A stretch of 64,000 nt of DNA from Candidatus Eiseniibacteriota bacterium. GTDB taxonomy: Bacteria; Eisenbacteria; RBG-16-71-46. This document shows positions 58,703 to 64,000 of this stretch, piece by piece (positions within the stretch are counted from its first letter, which is position 1; each line of letters starts with the position of its first letter). The notes under the pieces were generated by a model. It made no database searches, was not told the origin of the DNA, and saw nothing but the letters and a program-made list of their open reading frames with translations. The position numbers and the translations under genes are program-made. The stretch covers positions 128,001-192,000 of the forward strand of contig JBGAML010000007.1 in assembly GCA_044223005.1 (NCBI GenBank). Reading direction: 5' to 3'.

Positions 58703-59670
58703 CGCTGGCCGTGGTGATCCCGTGCTACCGGCAGGAGCGCTTCCTGCCGCGCACGATCGCCGCGCTGGAACGCGCGCTGGCCGGCCGCGACTGGGCCGGC
58801 GTGCTGGTGATCGCGACGCCCGGCACACCCGCGTCGCTGCCCGTGCTCTCGGAGCGCTGGCGCACGTTGCGCGCGCGCGAGTCCGATCCGCTGACGCCCG
58901 GCGCCGCGCGCAACCTGGGCCTCGGCGCGACCAGCGCGCCGTGGGTGCTCTTCGCCGACGCCGACATCGAGATCGACGCGCCGTGGCTCGAACGCGCGCT
59001 CCAGGCGCTCGCCACCGACGCGACGATCGCGGGCGCGTGGGGCCGGCTCGAGGAATGGTTCGTGGATGGCGCGGCCGAACGGCCCGGCGTGCACGACCTG
59101 AACCGCATGGGCGAGGCCGACCACGACTGCGAGATGATCGCCGGGCTCGCGCTCTACCGCCGCGACGCGCTGGAACGCGTGGGCGGCTACGACGCGCGCC
59201 TGAGCAGCGAAGAGGACTTCGAGCTCGGCCTGCGCCTGCGCGCGGAAGGATTCCGGCTGCGGAGCCTCGGGCCCCGCGCCGGCGTGCACTGGAGCGGACC
59301 GCGGCCGAGCTTTTCGGAGCTCGGGCGGCGCTGGAGCACCGGACTTTGCTTCGGGCAGGGGCAGGTGCTGCGGCTCTACCTGGGCCGCCGCGGCCTCGCC
59401 GAGCACCTGCGCCGGCAGCGGCTCTACTTCGCGACGCTGGCGCTCTGGCTCGCCGCGCTGCCCGCGGGACTGCTCGCCGGCGCGCGCGGCCTCGCGCTCT
59501 GGGCGTTGCTGCCGCTCGGTGTGCTCGCGCTGATGAGCGTGCGCAAGCGCAGCCTGCGGCTCGCGACGCACGCGCTGCTCACGTGGACGCTGCACGCCGC
59601 CGGCCTCGTGGTGGGCTTCGTGCGCGGCGGCGCGCGCCCGTCGCCCGGCGTGCGGGAGGCCGCATGCTGA
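58699..59670 (+). CDS. GT2 glycosyltransferase with C-terminal TM segments
   Basis: VVIPCY, ARNLG, FADAD, GGYD...EEDFEL. Confidence 0.85.
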   Translation: MTLAVVIPCYRQERFLPRTIAALERALAGRDWAGVLVIATPGTPASLPVLSERWRTLRARESDPLTPGAARNLGLGATSAPWVLFADADIEIDAPWLERALQALATDATIAGAWGRLEEWFVDGAAERPGVHDLNRMGEADHDCEMIAGLALYRRDALERVGGYDARLSSEEDFELGLRLRAEGFRLRSLGPRAGVHWSGPRPSFSELGRRWSTGLCFGQGQVLRLYLGRRGLAEHLRRQRLYFATLALWLAALPAGLLAGARGLALWALLPLGVLALMSVRKRSLRLATHALLTWTLHAAGLVVGFVRGGARPSPGVREAAC

Positions 59671-60845
59671 TCCACACCGCGCACGACAACGACATCCATC
59701 CCGCGCGCTTCGGCGGCACGCAGCGCAGCTTCGGGCTCGTGCGCGGGCTCGCGCGGCGGAACCAGGTGCACGCGCTGTGCGTGGTGCCCAACCGCACCGC
59801 GGCGCCGGCCGAAGAGACCGTGGACGGCGTGCGGATCGTGCGCCGCAAGGCGTGGGAGACGAGCGCCGCGTGGCGGCTGGAACGCCTGGGGCTCGCGCCG
59901 CTCTTCACCGCCGAGCGCGCGCACCGCGCGCACCGCGGCCGCTACCGCGCCGCGCTGGGCGGCGTCGCCGACGTGCTCGCCGCCGACCTGGCGCTCGCCG
60001 GGATGCTGGACGGCGCGCCCGAGCCGCTGCGCGTGCACACGTCGCAGAACGTGGAGTACGACCGATTCGTGGAGGCCGCGCCGCGGCTGCTGGCGCGCGC
60101 GCGCTGGGCCGAGCAGCTGCGCGCGCTCGAACGCGACGCCGTGGCGCACGCCGACCTGACCGTGGTCTGCACCGACGAGGACGCCGCGCGCATGCGCGAG
60201 CTGCATGGCGCGGACCCCGAGCGGCTCGCGGTGATCGCCAACGGTTACGACGAGCGCGAGCTGCGGCCGCCGACCGCGGCCGAACGCGCCGCCGCACGCA
60301 CCGCGATCGGGCTCGCCGAGAACGAGTACGCGCTCGTGTTCGTGGGCGCCGACTGGGGCCCCAACCGCGAGGCGCTGGCGTTCCTGGTGGACCGCGTGCT
60401 GCCCGCGCTGAGCGGGGACGGCCTGCGGCTGCTGGTGGTGGGCTCGGCCGGCCGCCGGCTCGCCGGGCGCCGCGACCCCGGCCTGATCGTCGCGGGCGAA
60501 GTGCCCTCGCTGCTGCCGTGGCTGCATGCCGCCGACGCCGGCGCGAATCCCGTCCTGAGTGGCGGCGGCAGCAACGTGAAGGTGCCCGCCTACCTCGCCG
60601 CCGGCCTCGCGGTGATCACGACGCCGTTCGGCGTGCGCGGCTACGCGCCGCTCGTGCCGCACGTCACGGTGGCCCCGCCCGAGTCGTACCCGGACGCGGT
60701 GCGCGCGCGCCCGCGCGGGTTCGCCGCGCGCGGCGAATCGGCGCCTGCCGTGCTCGCGGAATACGCCTGGGGCCGCCTCGGCGAACGCCTCGGCGAGATC
60801 GTCGCGGAGCGGCTCGCCCGCGTCCGCCGGAAGGGAGCCGCCTGA
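59664..60845 (+). CDS. GT4-like glycosyltransferase
   Basis: GG.QR, NVEY, IANG, FVG....PN, GGGSNVKV..YLAAG. Confidence 0.8.
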   Translation: MLIHTAHDNDIHPARFGGTQRSFGLVRGLARRNQVHALCVVPNRTAAPAEETVDGVRIVRRKAWETSAAWRLERLGLAPLFTAERAHRAHRGRYRAALGGVADVLAADLALAGMLDGAPEPLRVHTSQNVEYDRFVEAAPRLLARARWAEQLRALERDAVAHADLTVVCTDEDAARMRELHGADPERLAVIANGYDERELRPPTAAERAAARTAIGLAENEYALVFVGADWGPNREALAFLVDRVLPALSGDGLRLLVVGSAGRRLAGRRDPGLIVAGEVPSLLPWLHAADAGANPVLSGGGSNVKVPAYLAAGLAVITTPFGVRGYAPLVPHVTVAPPESYPDAVRARPRGFAARGESAPAVLAEYAWGRLGERLGEIVAERLARVRRKGAA

Positions 60846-61942
60846 TGCGCGTCGCGATGATCGGCCAGAAGGGCGTGCCCGCGACGTATGGCGGCATCGA
60901 GCGCCACGTCGACGAGATCGCCCGCCGGCTGGTGCCGATGGGCATCGACGTCGACGTGTTCTGCCGGCTCTACTACACGCCCGAAGGCACCGAGTACCAC
61001 GGCGTGAAGCTGCTCCGCCGCCCGAGCATTCACACCAAGCACCTGGACGCCATCTCGCACGTGACGTGGGCGACGATGGAGTCGATGTTCCGGCACTACG
61101 ACATCGTGCACTTTCACGCGCTGGGCCCCGCGCTGTTCGCCGGGCTGCCGCGGATGACCGGCTCCAAGACCGTCGTCACCGTGCACGGGCTCGACTGGCA
61201 GCGCGAGAAGTGGGGACGGTTCGCGCGCTGGTTCCTGCGCCAGTGCGAAGGCCCCGCGGCGCACTTTCCGGATCGCACGATCGTCGTGAGCAAGACGCTG
61301 CGCCAGCACTTCGCCCAGCACCATCGCTGCGACGCCACGTTCATTCCCAACGGCACCAACCTGCCGCAGCCGCGCGCGCCCAAGAAGCTCGCCTCGCTCG
61401 GGCTCACGCCGGGTAAGTACGTGCTGTTCGTGGGCCGGCTCGTGCCCGAGAAGGGCGTGCACTTCCTGTGCGAGGCGTTCAGCAAGATCGACACCGACAT
61501 GACGCTCGCGCTGGTCGGGGGCCTGAGCTTTTCGCAGGGCTACGTCGACCTGCTGCGCCAGTACGCCGGCGACCGGATCAAGCTGCTCGACTACGTGTTC
61601 GGCGAGTCGCTCGAGGAACTGTGGAGCAACGCCTACTGCGTCGTGCAGCCCTCGACCATGGAAGGGCTTTCGATCGCGCTGCTGGAGGCGCTGTCGTACG
61701 GCCGCTGCGTGCTGATTTCGGATATCCCCGAGAACATGGAAGTCGCCGAGGAGTGCGCGCTGCACTTCCGCACCAAGGACGTCGGCGACCTGCGCGAGAA
61801 GCTCGAATACCTGATTCGCAACCCCGACGTGGTGCACGAGTACGGCGAGCGCGCGAAGAAGCACATCCTCGCGCACTACTCGTGGGACAACGTCGTCGAG
61901 TCGACCGCGCAGCTCTACCGGGAGCTGGCGGGAAAGAAGTGA
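60845..61942 (+). CDS. GT4 glycosyltransferase
   Basis: G.KGVPATYGGIE, HGLDWQREKWG, VGRLVPEKG, EGLSIALLEA. Confidence 0.92.
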   Translation: MRVAMIGQKGVPATYGGIERHVDEIARRLVPMGIDVDVFCRLYYTPEGTEYHGVKLLRRPSIHTKHLDAISHVTWATMESMFRHYDIVHFHALGPALFAGLPRMTGSKTVVTVHGLDWQREKWGRFARWFLRQCEGPAAHFPDRTIVVSKTLRQHFAQHHRCDATFIPNGTNLPQPRAPKKLASLGLTPGKYVLFVGRLVPEKGVHFLCEAFSKIDTDMTLALVGGLSFSQGYVDLLRQYAGDRIKLLDYVFGESLEELWSNAYCVVQPSTMEGLSIALLEALSYGRCVLISDIPENMEVAEECALHFRTKDVGDLREKLEYLIRNPDVVHEYGERAKKHILAHYSWDNVVESTAQLYRELAGKK

Positions 61943-63162
61943 GCCCGCCGCGCGCCGACGACGGGCCCGCGACCGGGCTCGGTCTTCCGCCGCTCGCGGT
62001 GGTTCTGCTGGCGCTGGCCGGCGCGGCGCTGGCCGCGTTCCCGCTGGCGCACCCGTACGCCAACCCCGACAGCCGCGCGTTCGAGGCGATCGCCCGTTCG
62101 CTGCTGGCCGGCCAGGGACTGCGCTACCGCGAGCCCATGCTGCCGTGGCTCGACCTGTTCGCGTTCCGCTCGCCCGGCTACCCCGTGCTGCTCGCGCCGC
62201 TGCTCGCGCTGGGCGGCGTGAAGCTCGCGCTGGCGGTGAACGGCGCCATGCACGCGCTGACCGCCGTGCTCGCGGGCGAGATCGTGGCGCGGGCGGCCTC
62301 GCGCCGGGCCGGCGTGATGGCGCTGGCGCTGGGACTCGCGTGGGCGCCTGCGTGGCTGTTCGCCGGCCAGCTGCTGAGCGAGACGCTGTTCGTGTTCCTG
62401 TCCGCCGCATCGTTCGCCGCCGCGCAGCGCGCCCGCGGCGCGCGCGGGGCCGCGCTCGCGGGCGTGCTCGCCGCCGCTGCCACGCTGACGCGCCCCGTCG
62501 GCGTCGCCGTGGCCGCGGGCGTGCTGGTGCTGCTCGCGAGGCGCGCGCCGAAGCTCGCGTTCGCCGCACTTCTCGCGTGCGCCGTCGCGTACGCCCCCTG
62601 GCCGCTGCGCAACCAGCGCGTGCTCGGCGAACCCGTGCTGTTTACGACCAACGCCGGCTTCAACCTCTGCGACGGCGTGACGCCCGGCACCACGCACGAC
62701 CTCTGGGTGGAGATGTCGGGCTGGGCCCCGCTCGGCGAGCTCGCGATCGACCACCGCTGGCGCGAGCGCCACGACGCGATCGTCCGCGCGAACCCCACCG
62801 CCGAGGCGAAGCGCTGGGTCGGCGGCATGGCGCGCGACGTGATCCCGCTCGACTACGGCCCCCAGCACTGGCTCCACCGCGCGATCACGTTTCTCGCGCT
62901 GGCGGGGGCGTTCCTGACGCTCGGGACGCCCGAAGGCCTCGGGCTCGCCATCGCCTGGTGGGGCCAGGGCGCGATCAACGCGCTGGCGCAGGTCAGCGAG
63001 CGCTACCGGTTCCCGGGCGAATGGATCGCGGTGGTGTTCGCGGCGCTGGCCGTGCACGCGATAACGCGCCGCGCCGGCTGCGGGGCGCGGTGGGGCGTTG
63101 CGGGGCTCTTGTTTCTGGGGGGGCTGGTGCTGCTAGCGCAGGTGGTGCGACATCCCGGCTGA
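61939..63162 (+). CDS. GT-C-like (PMT_2) membrane protein
   Basis: PDS..F..IA, FRSPGYP, LLSETLF, TRP, ERYRFP; many TMs. Confidence 0.65.
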   Translation: MSPPRADDGPATGLGLPPLAVVLLALAGAALAAFPLAHPYANPDSRAFEAIARSLLAGQGLRYREPMLPWLDLFAFRSPGYPVLLAPLLALGGVKLALAVNGAMHALTAVLAGEIVARAASRRAGVMALALGLAWAPAWLFAGQLLSETLFVFLSAASFAAAQRARGARGAALAGVLAAAATLTRPVGVAVAAGVLVLLARRAPKLAFAALLACAVAYAPWPLRNQRVLGEPVLFTTNAGFNLCDGVTPGTTHDLWVEMSGWAPLGELAIDHRWRERHDAIVRANPTAEAKRWVGGMARDVIPLDYGPQHWLHRAITFLALAGAFLTLGTPEGLGLAIAWWGQGAINALAQVSERYRFPGEWIAVVFAALAVHAITRRAGCGARWGVAGLLFLGGLVLLAQVVRHPG

Positions 63163-63434
63163 GAGAGACTCTCGACGAGCAGTGGTGCCAGAGCGGCGGA
63201 GTCGAGCGGTGTCGAAGCTGCGACAGAGTACTAACGACACAACCTCAAGTCGCTACCGAATAGGGTGTCGCCGCCGCACAAACACAGGAGCCCGTGGGCC
63301 TTTCAAGGTCAACGGGCTCGGTGCTACTGTAGGAGTGTGGTTGGGCTGGGAGCGAGTTGGGCCGGGAGTGGTGCAGCTGAATCTACAGCTGCTCGCCCCA
63401 ATTCGACGCGTACAAGGGGGCGATCGAACGCGTG

Positions 63435-63941
63435 ATGCTTGAGCCAGCGATCAAATGGTTAGGCGAGAACTGGGGCAATGCGGCGAGCGTCCTGGGGCTC
63501 GGTGTCAGTCTAGCGACCCTCTTCATTTCTCAGGGAGCAAGGCGGGCGGCTGAGGCAGCAGTCCGTTCGGCCGAATTTCGCACACTCGCAACTGAACTTC
63601 GCGGTGTCGCGGACGATTTGCGTTCTGCTCAGACCTACTGTGAGGAGAGGCGTTGGGATCTCTCCAGACACTATTGCAGGCGAGCAGCGCAGGACTTGAG
63701 CTTCGCCCGTGAACGGTGGGCGACTCATCTTGACGAAGGCGCAACCTCTGAGCTCGCCATGGTGTCAGCCCAGCTCCGCACTGCTCAGGAACAACTTCGA
63801 CGGTTCGGGAGAGATGCGGAGCCATCTGTGAGACAGGTGGACCTACTGTCCCGGGCGCTAACTACACTTAATGAAGCGATGGCCAGACAGATTGGCCGCC
63901 ACGAATCGCACGAAGTGGCCGAGGATGGAGACAACAAATGA
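63435..63941 (+). CDS. hypothetical protein with N-terminal TM helix (lower GC)
   Basis: Open frame of ~168 aa after a GGGGG RBS-like run; single hydrophobic segment; atypical codon usage. Confidence 0.6.
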   Translation: MLEPAIKWLGENWGNAASVLGLGVSLATLFISQGARRAAEAAVRSAEFRTLATELRGVADDLRSAQTYCEERRWDLSRHYCRRAAQDLSFARERWATHLDEGATSELAMVSAQLRTAQEQLRRFGRDAEPSVRQVDLLSRALTTLNEAMARQIGRHESHEVAEDGDNK

Positions 63942-64000
63942 ACTCCGCGAAGACCAGTCAGCTAACCGAGTTCTTTGAGCAGGTGCTCATCGCGACTCGT
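63938..64000 (+). CDS. hypothetical protein, 3' truncated by the window edge
   Basis: ATGA overlap with the previous stop, GGAG RBS; MNSAKTSQLTEFFEQVLIATR. Confidence 0.45.
   Translation, partial: MNSAKTSQLTEFFEQVLIATR

Noticed and set aside
63229..63465. Possible integron attC site (CTAAC ... GTTGGGC/GTTAGGC)
   Set aside because: The boxes do not fit complementary RYYYAAC/GTTRRRY pairing and no integrase is visible

Overview
Very GC-rich bacterial chromosomal segment. The gene content (SprA plus FCB-style LptFG) suggests the FCB superphylum, e.g. a Ca. Eisenbacteria/Gemmatimonadota-like lineage; this is an inference. Left part (1-24.5 kb): 3' part of accC, a ComB-family phosphatase, lptG/lptF, a divergently transcribed 2122-aa SprA/Sov (type IX secretion translocon) homologue translationally coupled to an M28 glutaminyl-cyclase-like lipoprotein, then the conserved rimP-nusA-infB-DUF503-rbfA-truB-ribF-rpsO-pnp-M16 peptidase block and a DUF3108 gene. 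Right part (25-63.2 kb): a ~38 kb surface-glycan locus encoding Wza, a split Wzc whose kinase lacks the Walker A lysine, a Pol-beta-like nucleotidyltransferase/alkaline-phosphatase-superfamily pair, two Wzx flippases, GT2+DUF2304, four GT-C-like membrane proteins, a Wzy/ligase, two AsnB amidotransferases, a DegT aminotransferase, an AlgD-like dehydrogenase, an epimerase, a priming phosphoglycosyltransferase and many GT4/GT2 enzymes. The last ~800 bp shift to lower GC and hold hypothetical genes, probably the edge of an island. Start codons were refined by eye from the ORF track. Products were assigned by motif recognition only; no database searches were run.
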